This document shows positions 1 through 10,757 of a DNA stretch of 64,000 nt, one piece after another. This stretch comes from an uncultured archaeon (lineage in GTDB: Archaea; Asgardarchaeota; Lokiarchaeia; Sigyniarchaeales; SOKP01), in assembly GCA_964388035.1 (NCBI GenBank), contig CAYLZE010000005.1:3742-67741 (forward strand). The letters run 5' to 3'. Each line of letters opens with the position of its first letter. Position 1 is the stretch's first letter. Under the pieces are notes generated by a model, which had not been told where the DNA came from, made no database searches, and saw nothing but the letters and a program-made list of their open reading frames with translations. The translations under genes were made by a program, and so were the position numbers.

Positions 1-323
1 GAATCATCCTTTTAATCCTTATACCTAAACATCAAAAACTCATTCTAATTTTTCTTCTTCAAGAAAAATCTATTTAATGAATATCTTTTATATTTCTGAA
101 ATAAGAAATTACATTTAATCTTTTATATTTTTTAACAGTTTTTTACGGGAACGTCAAAGAATCGATATGGTACATTGCATTTGGAGTGAAAGAGAAAGTT
201 GAGGAATTTCTATTTCTTTTTAGATATCATTAGATAGAATATAAGATAATTTTATGAATAATGTCTCATGTAAATACCAAATAAAACAAAGGAATTACTT
301 GCATATCCTCTTTTGTAATAAAA

Positions 324-1154
324 ATGCTAGCATTATATGTTACCGATATTCACGGAGACATGAACAAATATGAAAAGATTTTTCAAATTGCAATTGAATA
401 TAATGTAGAGATGATAATTAATGGGGGGGACATGTTGCCTACTCAGACAAATTTCTTCAAGCAAGGAGAATTCATTGAAAATTATCTCGATAGCTATTTT
501 AACGAATTTAATAAGAAGCATATTTATTATTTAACACAACTGGGAAATGATGATTTACGCATATTTGATGAATTATTTGAAGCAATTTGCGACAAATATC
601 CTTACATATTTTCTATCGCCCAAGCAAAAGTAGAATTAGCGGGATTTGAGTTTATTGGAATGAATTACGTGCCTGATCTCCCCTTTGGCTTGAAGGATAG
701 AGCACGAAAGGATACACCAAATTTTACTTTTCCAAGGCAAATAGGAAAAGCATATTTTTCTACTCCGGAGGGATTAGAAAGAATAGAAGATTGGTTCAGT
801 CAGGCAAGTTCGCTTCCCACGATCGAACAGGAGATGAAGAATTTAATTGAACCCCGAGATTATCGTAAATCAATATATATCATTCATACTCCCCCTTCTA
901 ACTTGGACTTGGATGTTTGCTATGATAGAAGCAAGGCGGGTTCCGAAGCGATTTTCAATTTTTTGAAGCAAAGACAACCTTTATTAGCCCTTCACGGACA
1001 CATCCATGAGAGTCATGACGTATCAAATATATGGATGGCATCTTTAGATAATACCATTTGTATTCAACCCGGTCAAACACGATATGGGAATGAACAAGTA
1101 ATTTATGTATTACTTGATTTAAATAAGATGAGTTTTGAAAGGTTAATATATTAG
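324..1154 (+). CDS. Calcineurin-like metallophosphoesterase (Icc-related)
   Basis: Motifs TDIHG, GGD, GNDD, HTPP, HGHIHE. Confidence 0.85.
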   Translation: MLALYVTDIHGDMNKYEKIFQIAIEYNVEMIINGGDMLPTQTNFFKQGEFIENYLDSYFNEFNKKHIYYLTQLGNDDLRIFDELFEAICDKYPYIFSIAQAKVELAGFEFIGMNYVPDLPFGLKDRARKDTPNFTFPRQIGKAYFSTPEGLERIEDWFSQASSLPTIEQEMKNLIEPRDYRKSIYIIHTPPSNLDLDVCYDRSKAGSEAIFNFLKQRQPLLALHGHIHESHDVSNIWMASLDNTICIQPGQTRYGNEQVIYVLLDLNKMSFERLIY

Positions 1155-1233
1155 AAATAATGAGTATTTATAAAAAAGAATCATATATTTTATTGTCTAA
1201 ATTATAATAATCACTTAAAACGTTTAAATAACC

Positions 1234-1713
1234 ATGAAAGATTTTTTACATTTTTATTCTGGTAAACTCTATAATAAGGAAAGTTTGAAAAATTGGGAGC
1301 TACCCGAAGGAATAAAGGAACAGATGGAATACGAAAATCACGAGTATTTCTTTATATCAGCAGCCCGAGAGCAAGATAAAGGGAAACCTCACGGTCAAAT
1401 GCCCCATGTTCATTTAAGCATTTATCCCGTTGACTCTGAGATCGTTTATATTCTTGAAGTCCAAACCGCCCGAATTGAGCCTGAATTATTATATAGCGTG
1501 TTAAATCTATTAAGAAATGAAGAGTATATGATTATAAGTTCATCAGGTTATTGCACGAATGGAGATAAGTGTTATTTCGGGATTTGGTTTAATACGGAAA
1601 AAGAAAACATTGAGTTAGACAAATTAGTATTAAAAATCAAAGATATTCCTAATGTAGACGATGCTAAAGCTGCAAAGTTTACCTGTGATGGTTTTATTGA
1701 CGTAAAATCCTAA
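1234..1713 (+). CDS. Hypothetical protein, C-terminal ACT-like domain
   Basis: 159-aa ORF; C-terminal alternating beta/alpha pattern ending IKDIPNVDDAK resembles ACT folds. Confidence 0.45.
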   Translation: MKDFLHFYSGKLYNKESLKNWELPEGIKEQMEYENHEYFFISAAREQDKGKPHGQMPHVHLSIYPVDSEIVYILEVQTARIEPELLYSVLNLLRNEEYMIISSSGYCTNGDKCYFGIWFNTEKENIELDKLVLKIKDIPNVDDAKAAKFTCDGFIDVKS

Positions 1714-1739
1714 AAATTTAAGGAGATATTCGGGTTCTA

Positions 1740-2156
1740 CTATTCCCAGAAAGCTTTTTTAAACTTTTCGATAATATCTTCTAAAGAATCTTCGATCTTT
1801 GCTTCAAAGTCTGAAAAAACTTCAATATCATTATCCCAATCCTTTAAAATATCGCTATATGTATCGTAGAATTTTTGAGAAATAAGTTTGAGTTCAGTAA
1901 TCACTTTTTTATCTTTAATTTTGGCATCCGAGCTGGCAATAAATAAAAGCTCTCCAACTTTTAAAATATTAAATTTTTTATTGCTCAATTCAAAGCTCGT
2001 TAATCCTTCTCTAGCTAATTCTTCTGAGAAGCTATTGAGAGCACTCATAAATCCACCAAAGAGTTGAGTATCCAATTTTTGATCAAATACTCGAGAGAAA
2101 ACGACTATGCCAGAGTCATTATTTAAGATCCATAGATCTTGTATAGTCTTTGCCAT
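1740..2156 (-). CDS. Longin-like domain protein (Asgard ESP family)
   Basis: IQDLWIL..SGIVVFSR..QLFGGFMSALNSFSEEL pattern typical of Asgard longin/roadblock-fold proteins. Confidence 0.7.
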   Translation of the reverse strand: MAKTIQDLWILNNDSGIVVFSRVFDQKLDTQLFGGFMSALNSFSEELAREGLTSFELSNKKFNILKVGELLFIASSDAKIKDKKVITELKLISQKFYDTYSDILKDWDNDIEVFSDFEAKIEDSLEDIIEKFKKAFWE

Positions 2157-2188
2157 GCATGCTTCACTCTTTAGCTTTTAATTAATTT

Positions 2189-2623
2189 TTATATATTATC
2201 CAGAAAACCTTGTACTTTTTCTTCCACGCTTTCATCGATCTTGTTGATAAAATCAGCGAAAATACGTGTATCTTCCTTTAAATCTTCTATAAGAAAATTA
2301 CCATAAAGTTCAAAAAACTTATTCGCAATAACTTCTAATTCCTTCAAAACTTTTTTTTCATTTACTTTTTTCGGATTTGAATTGGTTATGAAAATTAACT
2401 TGTTTTTTTTAAAAATACTAAATCTTTTCTTACTTAATTGGAAATTTGAAAGAGCTCCTTGATCTAATTCATTTGCAAATGAATTTAAAGCGCTCATTAT
2501 GGCTCCAAACATTGTGTTCTTGAGTTTTTCATCATACGTGTGATTAAAAAGAACAAATCCTTGTTCTGTCAATATCCAGATATCTTGCAGTATTTTGGGC
2601 AAATAAAGATCACATAAAATCAA
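2189..2623 (-). CDS. Longin-like domain protein, tandem paralog of 1740-2156
   Basis: ILQDIWILTEQGFVLF..MFGAIMSALNSFANEL; clear similarity to its neighbour. Confidence 0.7.
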   Translation of the reverse strand: MILCDLYLPKILQDIWILTEQGFVLFNHTYDEKLKNTMFGAIMSALNSFANELDQGALSNFQLSKKRFSIFKKNKLIFITNSNPKKVNEKKVLKELEVIANKFFELYGNFLIEDLKEDTRIFADFINKIDESVEEKVQGFLDNI

Positions 2624-2946
2624 TAAGTATCTTTAATATATAGAAAAATTCATGCCTTATTTTTTTTTTGTATAGTCCAATTTTTGTTTAATTTTTAATC
2701 TTTTTAAGTAAACAATTTACATGTTCCCTTGTAAAATGAAGTTTCGAATTTTATAATGAAAGTTGCCGAATTCAGCAAAAAAACTGCACGTGATTTGAAA
2801 TCATTTAATTAATTTTAAACCAACGCCATAATAGATTAAAAAAAATATTTTTTAAATCTGATTTCCCAACATTCTGTGTTATATCTCTCAAAAAGAATAG
2901 ATAATAAGCGAAGCGGAGTGAATGCGTGCAATCGAGTGAAATAAAA

Positions 2947-4410
2947 TTAAAGATCTTTTGTAACTCTTTTGGCATCATTGATTTTTAAAACTTCAGGCAT
3001 GAATAATCGAACCAGTGTTTTATAGATTTTAGCGTTTCCCTTTTCTGGAGTAAATTCTCTTTCAAATCGCACCATTGTTTGAATTGCATCTTCCACGTTA
3101 TTATAACGATTTGTACCACAGAAACCTAAGATTGCAGCTCCCAAGGCAGCACCGTCTTTATTTTCCGGAACAATAATTTTTTTGCCAATTACATCTGCAA
3201 AGATTTGAGCCCAAAAAGCGGAATTCATAGCGCCTCCATCGGATTTTATCTCATCCAATTTAACCCGTCCCATTGCTTCTAACATTTGCAAGTACATCTG
3301 AGCACTTAGTGCGGCACTTTCCATAATTGCCCGCGCAAAATGAGGTCGCCCGTGATGCCATCCTAATCCATGGATGGTTCCTTTGCGAAAAACGTAAAGA
3401 GGTATAAATAATAACCCATTACTTCCCGGTGGAGCTTGTTTTGCTTCTTCTGTTAGAATATCATACACATTGGAACTTCCTTCTAGAGATTCTTTAATTT
3501 GAAGTTGAGAAAAATTTTTCGCGTACGTTTGGAACATAGTTCCCGTTCCAGGCATGGTTCCTTCAATGACCCACTTTCCTTTAAGAACATGAGGTAAGGA
3601 AAAGATGGGAATATCTCCCACTTGTTTTATAGGTCCTTCCACTACTAAATCCACGAACGTACCAGTTCCTGTTGTCACCTTAGCTTGGCCTTTATTAATT
3701 ACTCCCATACCGAGTGCAGCACATTGTTGATCTCCTCCTCCCAAAACTACAGGTATGCCTTTCTTCAAACCAAGTTCGATAGCAGCTTTACTGATTAGTT
3801 CACCAATTATTTCACCCGGAGTGTGTAATTCAGGCCAGAGATCAACTGGAATTCCATATTCTTCAGCAAGATTTTCATCCCACTTCAAGGTGTCCTTATT
3901 TATTATTCCATAAATTCCATTAGTCGGTTCTGTCACGCATGTTTCTTGTCCGCATAATTTCATATAGGTATAGGTATCGGGAAAAACAATTTTATGAGCT
4001 TTTTCGAAAAGTTCAGGTTTATTTTTTTTTAACCAGAGAATTTTAGGTATTGAGCGTCTTGAACCCCCTTCTTCTTGAAAAGCTTTCATATCTGATACTT
4101 CCCGTTCATCCATCCACGTCAAGGCAGGATGCAAGATTTCTGCCTTATTGTCCATGATCGTGCACGTAGCCCGGTGAAAATCCGCACAAATTCCTATCAC
4201 ATCCTCGGGATTCACCTTCTTGATGGCTAAATTACAAGTATTCTTAATAGCATTCCACCAAATCTTGGGATCTTGTTCAGAAATGCCGACGGGCTGAGGA
4301 GGGATCTGATATTCCTCATAAGCTCTTGAAATCTCTTTTCCATTTAAATCAAATATGATAGTGCGAGTTCCGGTTGTTCCACAATCAAAAATACATATTA
4401 AATCAGTCAT
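2947..4410 (-). CDS. FGGY-family carbohydrate kinase (xylulo/glycerol kinase-like)
   Basis: DCGTTGTR, GGGDQQCAALG, TGTGTF, GGAMNSAFWAQIFADV motifs. Confidence 0.9.
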   Translation of the reverse strand: MTDLICIFDCGTTGTRTIIFDLNGKEISRAYEEYQIPPQPVGISEQDPKIWWNAIKNTCNLAIKKVNPEDVIGICADFHRATCTIMDNKAEILHPALTWMDEREVSDMKAFQEEGGSRRSIPKILWLKKNKPELFEKAHKIVFPDTYTYMKLCGQETCVTEPTNGIYGIINKDTLKWDENLAEEYGIPVDLWPELHTPGEIIGELISKAAIELGLKKGIPVVLGGGDQQCAALGMGVINKGQAKVTTGTGTFVDLVVEGPIKQVGDIPIFSLPHVLKGKWVIEGTMPGTGTMFQTYAKNFSQLQIKESLEGSSNVYDILTEEAKQAPPGSNGLLFIPLYVFRKGTIHGLGWHHGRPHFARAIMESAALSAQMYLQMLEAMGRVKLDEIKSDGGAMNSAFWAQIFADVIGKKIIVPENKDGAALGAAILGFCGTNRYNNVEDAIQTMVRFEREFTPEKGNAKIYKTLVRLFMPEVLKINDAKRVTKDL

Positions 4411-4629
4411 GATTTCACTTCGTAATTTTTTTACAATTTTAATCTTGAATTTTATTTATTAAGTTAATTAATGTTTAGAACATTCTTAATATTTTAATAT
4501 TATCTTCTTCACTTACTCAAAATTTGTTTAATGATTCATTAATGATATTGCTACTTAGTATAATAAAAAGGGAAAGAAAAAAGAGTAAAAGGTGGAAAGA
4601 TAAAGATAAATAAATGCTATTAATGTAGA

Positions 4630-5886
4630 TTATTTAAGGCATCTTGCGATTAGTTGACTAAGATCTTCAATCTTGAGTACATTTTTATCTTCTTCAGTTA
4701 ATCCGTGGGATAATCCTAATTCACACAATGGGCATGAAGATAAAATCACTTTTGCACCTGTTTCTTTTAATTCTTCAATCCTATTCTTCGCTTCTGTTAT
4801 TGCCAATTCTCTATCAGCTAAATGTAGAGTCCCACTCCATCCACAGCAGTGAGAAGATTCTTTATTATAGAGAGGTTCAATCAAGTTAATGCCTTGCATT
4901 TTTTGAAGTATTTTTCTCATGGACGTAGTATCGTTCAAATTCCGAGCAAGAAGACAAGGATCATGGATTGTTACTTTTTTGAATTCATCGGGAATGACAT
5001 CATTAAATACTAATTTACCCTCATCAACTAATTGATTGATATAGCTTACAATATGGATTACCTTAATATCAAGATTAGCTCCCATGCTTTGATATCGCTT
5101 TGTTAAAGTTTCTACGCAACCGGGACAATCAGAAACAATTAGTTTTGCACCCGTGCTTTTTACCAACTCTTGATTCTTATTCACTAATTCTTTTACCACA
5201 TTCATATCCCGTATATTAAATGCAGGAGCACCACAACAGGCCCTCTTGTCTAAATTCGTAGAAAATTTTATGCTTGCTTTTTTCAAGATCTGGATATTAG
5301 CTTTTACAACGTCTGGAAATTTCATCATCTCACAGCCAATATAGTAAACTACTTCGTCATTTCCATCTGTTTCTATATCTTCAATGCCCTTCTCTTTATA
5401 CGTCAAAAAAATGTTGTGATCTTCGATGGTATTAGTTGTCTTTAATTTTTCGATTTGCTGCCTGCAAAAATCGGGCATGAATCCTTTTTCGTTTATATCA
5501 TCTCTAACTGTTTCAAGTAGAGAAACAACTGAAAATTCAAAAGGACACCAAATCTTGCAGTTTTCCTCATTCGTGCATTTATACATTAAATTTAAAAACT
5601 CTGGATCGTTATACTCTATTTTTCCTATCGAAAGATAATATCCAATTCTCGATTTATATGCAGGGCTCATCGTCTCTTTCTGTGCTGCTTTAAGTGTACC
5701 ACAATCAAATCTACACATATTCGGGCATAGCATGCAGTTAATTAAATTCTTAACATCTGCCTTATACTCTCCCTCGGGGTAAAAGTTTTTCTTTGTTAAG
5801 CGCATATTCTTAAATAAGACTCTTTTTACCTTTGGTAACTTATTGAGCAAGGGAAGCATCCATTTATATTTCTCTAAGATTTCCAT
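4630..5886 (-). CDS. Fe-S oxidoreductase with CCG domains (GlpC/HdrD-like)
   Basis: CxxCPNMC ferredoxin-like motif; two CCG domains (ACCG..CPGC; HDPC..HCCG..CPLC). Confidence 0.85.
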   Translation of the reverse strand: MEILEKYKWMLPLLNKLPKVKRVLFKNMRLTKKNFYPEGEYKADVKNLINCMLCPNMCRFDCGTLKAAQKETMSPAYKSRIGYYLSIGKIEYNDPEFLNLMYKCTNEENCKIWCPFEFSVVSLLETVRDDINEKGFMPDFCRQQIEKLKTTNTIEDHNIFLTYKEKGIEDIETDGNDEVVYYIGCEMMKFPDVVKANIQILKKASIKFSTNLDKRACCGAPAFNIRDMNVVKELVNKNQELVKSTGAKLIVSDCPGCVETLTKRYQSMGANLDIKVIHIVSYINQLVDEGKLVFNDVIPDEFKKVTIHDPCLLARNLNDTTSMRKILQKMQGINLIEPLYNKESSHCCGWSGTLHLADRELAITEAKNRIEELKETGAKVILSSCPLCELGLSHGLTEEDKNVLKIEDLSQLIARCLK

Positions 5887-7368
5887 CTATTTTTCACCTC
5901 CATCCTTCCATATAGCTTCATATACCTTACCGGGATTGAAGATATTATTGGGATCGAGTATTCTTTTTAATTCACGCGTTATTTTCATGCTCTTTCCCCA
6001 TTCTTCATCCATCCATTCAGCTCTATTAATGCCAATACCGTGATGATGAGCGATGGACCCACCCACTTCTAAAACAGTCTTCATGGTTGTTCTCCAAGCT
6101 TCTTTATACATTTCAAAATCGGATTTATCCTCCATTTCTACTCCCGCGAAAGAGAAGTAAATTCCCACGCCATTAGGATAGAAATGAGAAACGTGAGCGG
6201 TAATCAAAAAAATTCCTTCGATATTCTTAACTGCCTCAACCACCCTATGGTATAGTTTAGCCGCATTACTCCATGCAACAGCCACTTCTATCGTGTCTGC
6301 CAGCATTTTATTGGGTGGAATGGTACTGGTTTCTGTTACGCTAAATCTTGTTTCAAACCAATGCTCAACAGGTTCCCGCCCACAATCTACTCCTGAATTT
6401 TTTTCGCACCTGTCTCGCGTAATAGCAGCTTCAACATCAACAACTTGTTCATTTCCTTCGCAAACAAAAACCACCATTACCTTATCCTTGGCCTTTTCCA
6501 CATGTTCAAAATGCCGGGTGGTTTCATCCGCATCATAAATTCTTACAACGGCAGGATATGCTTGCTCCCTCAAGATTTGGCGAATGGCTTCCAGTGAATC
6601 TTCAAATGTCGGAAAGGCATAGGAAATCAACGCTCTCTTCTCGGGATAAGGCCATATTCGTAATGTCGCTTTAGTTACAATGCCTAAAGTTCCTTCATTT
6701 CCAATGAATAGTTTATCCAACTGAGGTCCTGTAGCAGCCCGAATAATTGGTTTAAACTTAATGAGTTCCCCTTGAGGTAGGAGTATTTCCATGCCAATTA
6801 CCATGTCTTCTATCTTCCCATATTTAGTAGAAAATTGACCTGCAGCCCGGTGAGCGATCCAACCCCCTACAGAAGATGTATAGAGGGATTGAGGGATATG
6901 ACCTCCCGTATATCCTTTTGCATTTAAATATCGTTCTAAGTTCATCCCATTAATACCCGGCTCAACGGTGACTGTTAAATCTTTGTCATTAATTTCAATG
7001 ATTTTGGTGAATTTTTTCATGTCGACGATGATACCTCCTCGAACGGGAATTGCCCCACCCACTACACCTGAACCCTCGCCATAAGGAATGACGGGAATTT
7101 TTTCTCGATTTGCCAATTTAAGGATGTTGCTAATTTGATCCGTGCTTTCTGGCCAAGTAATGAAATCCGCCCATCCCCCAATTTGGCTCTTTAATGTCCA
7201 ATTATAAGAGATTAATGACGCATCTTTAGAATAGGCTAAAAGGTCAATTTCATTGGTTGAAACATTTTTTTCTCCTAAAATGTCAATCAATTCTGCTTTT
7301 ATCTTGTCTTTATCTTTAATAACAACTCGATCTTCCTTATAAATCAATTCAAAATTTGATAATTTCAT
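5887..7368 (-). CDS. FAD-linked oxidase, alkyl-dihydroxyacetonephosphate synthase/GlcD family
   Basis: PYGEGSGVVGG, GHIPQSLYTSSVGGW, GNEGTLG, HHHGIG, LDPNNIFNPGK. Confidence 0.85.
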   Translation of the reverse strand: MKLSNFELIYKEDRVVIKDKDKIKAELIDILGEKNVSTNEIDLLAYSKDASLISYNWTLKSQIGGWADFITWPESTDQISNILKLANREKIPVIPYGEGSGVVGGAIPVRGGIIVDMKKFTKIIEINDKDLTVTVEPGINGMNLERYLNAKGYTGGHIPQSLYTSSVGGWIAHRAAGQFSTKYGKIEDMVIGMEILLPQGELIKFKPIIRAATGPQLDKLFIGNEGTLGIVTKATLRIWPYPEKRALISYAFPTFEDSLEAIRQILREQAYPAVVRIYDADETTRHFEHVEKAKDKVMVVFVCEGNEQVVDVEAAITRDRCEKNSGVDCGREPVEHWFETRFSVTETSTIPPNKMLADTIEVAVAWSNAAKLYHRVVEAVKNIEGIFLITAHVSHFYPNGVGIYFSFAGVEMEDKSDFEMYKEAWRTTMKTVLEVGGSIAHHHGIGINRAEWMDEEWGKSMKITRELKRILDPNNIFNPGKVYEAIWKDGGEK

Positions 7369-7578
7369 GAATTCTCCTCAATAATTAACACGTTTTAATT
7401 CTTTATTACTCAACTTAAAATGAATTCTTAATTAATATCTATTTAGTTAAATATTTTCTTTTTAATTAATTTTTGATTCCTTTTTTTTATTTATTCATTA
7501 GACTTCATGGTTCTGGAAATAAGAAAGCGGAAATAATAAAAGATTTTATAAAAAAAATTTAAATTTAAAAGTGAAATT

Positions 7579-8325
7579 TCATTTTTCTGTTTTCATTTTT
7601 GGTCGCACGAATTTTGGCAAGATAAAACCGAGATAAAACTCGTATCCACTGGAAATTATTATGATCCTTCCAATGACGATTAAAAATAATGCCAAAGCAC
7701 TGATCACGTCGAATAGTGCTCCGATTGTAAAGGAAATAAATGCAATAATGAGAAATTTCCCTCTTATCTGATGCTCCACCCGTTCACTTTTTAAAGAAAT
7801 GCTTCCAAATTTATATCCCGTTATAATTACTATCAAGAGCGAGAGCACTTGAACAATTGTCATGAACATTCCGTAATTTGCATCAAAAGGACTTATAATC
7901 GTTCCAATTATTGAAGGATCTGTAATTAAATAAAACCAGAGAACAATCTCGTAAATTAAAGCAACGAGGGCAGAAATGATTAATATCAAATTTTGCTTTT
8001 CTATTTTAAGCAATTCAAATAACGCCCTAAACCATAAAATAATAGGAACCGGGAGCAGTACTGTTCCTAAGCCAAAAAAAATCGAAGGCATATATTGAAG
8101 TCCCATTCCATTATTGTACAAGGAAACTAAAAAAGAAGTCGTGCTCGGATACCATGGTACCGCCATGAGCACCCATGCGATTCCTACATATAAATAAAGT
8201 TTGTCTTTTAGAGAGACATATCTAAAAGCAATTCTCAATCCAACGATTAGGAATAAAGTCACCAGAATCAAGCTAAAGATTCCATTGATAATTTCTATAC
8301 CTTGTAGAGCCATGAAGCATAACAC
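7579..8325 (-). CDS. Polytopic (~7 TM) membrane protein
   Basis: About seven hydrophobic segments in 248 aa. Confidence 0.6.
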   Translation of the reverse strand: MLCFMALQGIEIINGIFSLILVTLFLIVGLRIAFRYVSLKDKLYLYVGIAWVLMAVPWYPSTTSFLVSLYNNGMGLQYMPSIFFGLGTVLLPVPIILWFRALFELLKIEKQNLILIISALVALIYEIVLWFYLITDPSIIGTIISPFDANYGMFMTIVQVLSLLIVIITGYKFGSISLKSERVEHQIRGKFLIIAFISFTIGALFDVISALALFLIVIGRIIIISSGYEFYLGFILPKFVRPKMKTEK

Positions 8326-8540
8326 ATCCTTTATATTATTCAGATCGATTTATGAAATAAAAGCATTTTTAATTCATAAGTTTTCTTAGTGAAACAATGG
8401 ACTTATTTATCCTCTTTTCTTAGTGTAAACAATGGATTTATTTTTCCAAGCAATAATGTAATAATTTCATGATTTCATTTGATGGTTGATAAGAATAAAA
8501 AATTATCTCTTAAGCTAAATTTTGTTTCATTTTCTTCACA

Positions 8541-9464
8541 GTGATTATAATGGTTAATTTTCAAGATGAAAAATCCTTTATCATTAAAATTGTAAAAAAA
8601 GCTTCCGAAATTACAGAATGGTTTCGAATGGAAGGATATAGGTCCTATACAAAACAAGATCATACCCCCGTAACACTCGCAGATTATGCTTCTCAAATGT
8701 ATGTTGTTTCCCAGTTAAATGAAGTATTTCCAGATGACATGATTGTAGCTGAAGAAAATATTCGAAATTTAAAAGGTTCAGAAGCCTTGGCAGCGATAAG
8801 AACTTGTTATAAAGAATTAAACATCCAAAAAGAAATAGATTTAAACCCTATCTCTAATAAGGGATTAAAACAATCCAGAAGGGTGTGGACGATTGATCCA
8901 ATTGATGGCACAATAGGCTTCCAAAAAAATCTTTGGTATGCTATAGGAATAGGATTAATCGAAGAGGAAACCAGCCAATTAGGTGTCATTTCCATACCAA
9001 ATCATGACGAAAAAGGGAATGCCATATTTATCGCTGAAAATCAAAAAGGAGCAAAAGTTTCTCATGGAAATACTGATTTCAAGTCGATACATGTCAGCAA
9101 GACCTCAATATTAAAAGAAGCCCTCATGTGCCAATCTCTACATTATAATGAAGAATGGGTGAAGAATCTTGGTAAGAATGCAGGAATTTCTAAAGTAATC
9201 GAAATGGATAGCATGGCAAAATTCTGCAAGATAGCGGAAGGTACTGCGGATTTCTATATCAAACCCTTGCATCCTGATTTTTCTTCTTCATGGGATTTTG
9301 TTCCTGGAGACTTGTTAGTAAGGGAAGCAGGAGGAAAGGTGACCAATTTAAACAACGAGAAGTTAATATTCAAGGAAAGTAGATTGATAAATAGTCCCGG
9401 GGGTTTGATAGCCAGCAATGCGTTACTTCATGAACAAATATTAAGTCTCATTAATAATAGATAA
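8541..9464 (+). CDS. Inositol monophosphatase family / 3'(2'),5'-bisphosphate nucleotidase (CysQ/HAL2-like)
   Basis: TPVTLADY, AEE, WTIDPIDGT, WDFVPG motifs. Confidence 0.85.
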   Translation: MIIMVNFQDEKSFIIKIVKKASEITEWFRMEGYRSYTKQDHTPVTLADYASQMYVVSQLNEVFPDDMIVAEENIRNLKGSEALAAIRTCYKELNIQKEIDLNPISNKGLKQSRRVWTIDPIDGTIGFQKNLWYAIGIGLIEEETSQLGVISIPNHDEKGNAIFIAENQKGAKVSHGNTDFKSIHVSKTSILKEALMCQSLHYNEEWVKNLGKNAGISKVIEMDSMAKFCKIAEGTADFYIKPLHPDFSSSWDFVPGDLLVREAGGKVTNLNNEKLIFKESRLINSPGGLIASNALLHEQILSLINNR

Positions 9465-9478
9465 GAAGCTCTTATATT

Positions 9479-10561
9479 TCATGAACAAGCAAATTTCATT
9501 AAACTAGTTTGTTTGATTGATGAAGTGTCAAAAATATTGCTCAATCGAATCCCTACCAGCCGAACTTTCTTATGATAACTGGAAAATTCCTTAAACAATT
9601 CTAAAATTGTTTTAATGATAATGCTTTTATCTTGAATAGGAAAAGAATAAGTTTTTGACCTCGTATATGTTTCAAATCCTTCAAACCTTATTTTTAATGT
9701 TATTGTTCGGTAAAATAATTTTTCTTTTTTGATTTTTTTATCCAGCTTACTCGCAATTTCTTCAAACTTGGACAGGATTTCTTTAAAATCCTTAGTATCT
9801 TGATAAAAAGTCCTTTCCTTACTGATCGATTTTCTTATTTCGTGATAAGTTTTAACTTCTCTCTCATCTTTCCCGTGAACTACATTCCAAGCCCATTTAC
9901 CATGTTTTCCAAACAGTTCCACCATTCGATATTGAGGAAGGTTAAATATATCTCCTATGGTTTTAATTCCCTTTTCGTAATAATGATTTTTAGTTTTTTT
10001 TCCAATTCCAGGAATCCGGGTAATGTCAAGATCTTTCAGGGTTGTATAAACTTCTTCAGGTTTGATCATGGTAATCCCATTGGGTTTATTCATGTCGGAT
10101 GCAATTTTAGCCAGAGATTTAGTTTCAGCACATCCTATTGAGATCGTGATCCCGACAGTATTGGATATTTCCCTTTGTATTTTTTCTCCCAAGGAATGTA
10201 CTTCTTCATACGAGCATGAAGATAATGATAAATAGGCTTCATCAGAACCAACTTGTTGGAAATTCTGGGAATATTTTTTTAAGATAGACATTACTTTTTC
10301 AGAAGCTTCATGATATTTGGAGAAATTGGGTCTTAAAAATATTCCCTTTGGACATAATCGATATGCTTGAGAAATGGGCATGGCGGAATGTAAACCGAAC
10401 TTTCTTGCTTCATACGAGCAAGTACTTACCACCCCCCGTCCTTTTCCTCCTTTTGGATCAGCTCCGATAATTACTGGTTTATTTCTATATTCAGGATTAT
10501 CTCTAATTTCAACGGAGGCAAAAAAACAATCAAGATCACAGTGTAAAATTAAGGAACTCAT
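9479..10561 (-). CDS. dinB: DNA polymerase IV (Y family)
   Basis: DLDCFFASVE, CSYEARKFG, SDEAY, AKIASDMNKPNG. Confidence 0.93.
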   Translation of the reverse strand: MSSLILHCDLDCFFASVEIRDNPEYRNKPVIIGADPKGGKGRGVVSTCSYEARKFGLHSAMPISQAYRLCPKGIFLRPNFSKYHEASEKVMSILKKYSQNFQQVGSDEAYLSLSSCSYEEVHSLGEKIQREISNTVGITISIGCAETKSLAKIASDMNKPNGITMIKPEEVYTTLKDLDITRIPGIGKKTKNHYYEKGIKTIGDIFNLPQYRMVELFGKHGKWAWNVVHGKDEREVKTYHEIRKSISKERTFYQDTKDFKEILSKFEEIASKLDKKIKKEKLFYRTITLKIRFEGFETYTRSKTYSFPIQDKSIIIKTILELFKEFSSYHKKVRLVGIRLSNIFDTSSIKQTSLMKFACS

Positions 10562-10757
10562 GATAATACCTTCAAATACTCATTTAAAAGGGAACTGAAT
10601 TGATTACATGTATTTTATATTTTCCTCAATTCTTTTTATTTTTTTAAATTTTTTAAATAGAAGGACTCCCATAATTTATGATTTTTACTCAGAATTTGAA
10701 AAAAGCTAATGTTCTATCATGTTTAACTTTAAATCTTAACATTCCTTATTCGAATGC

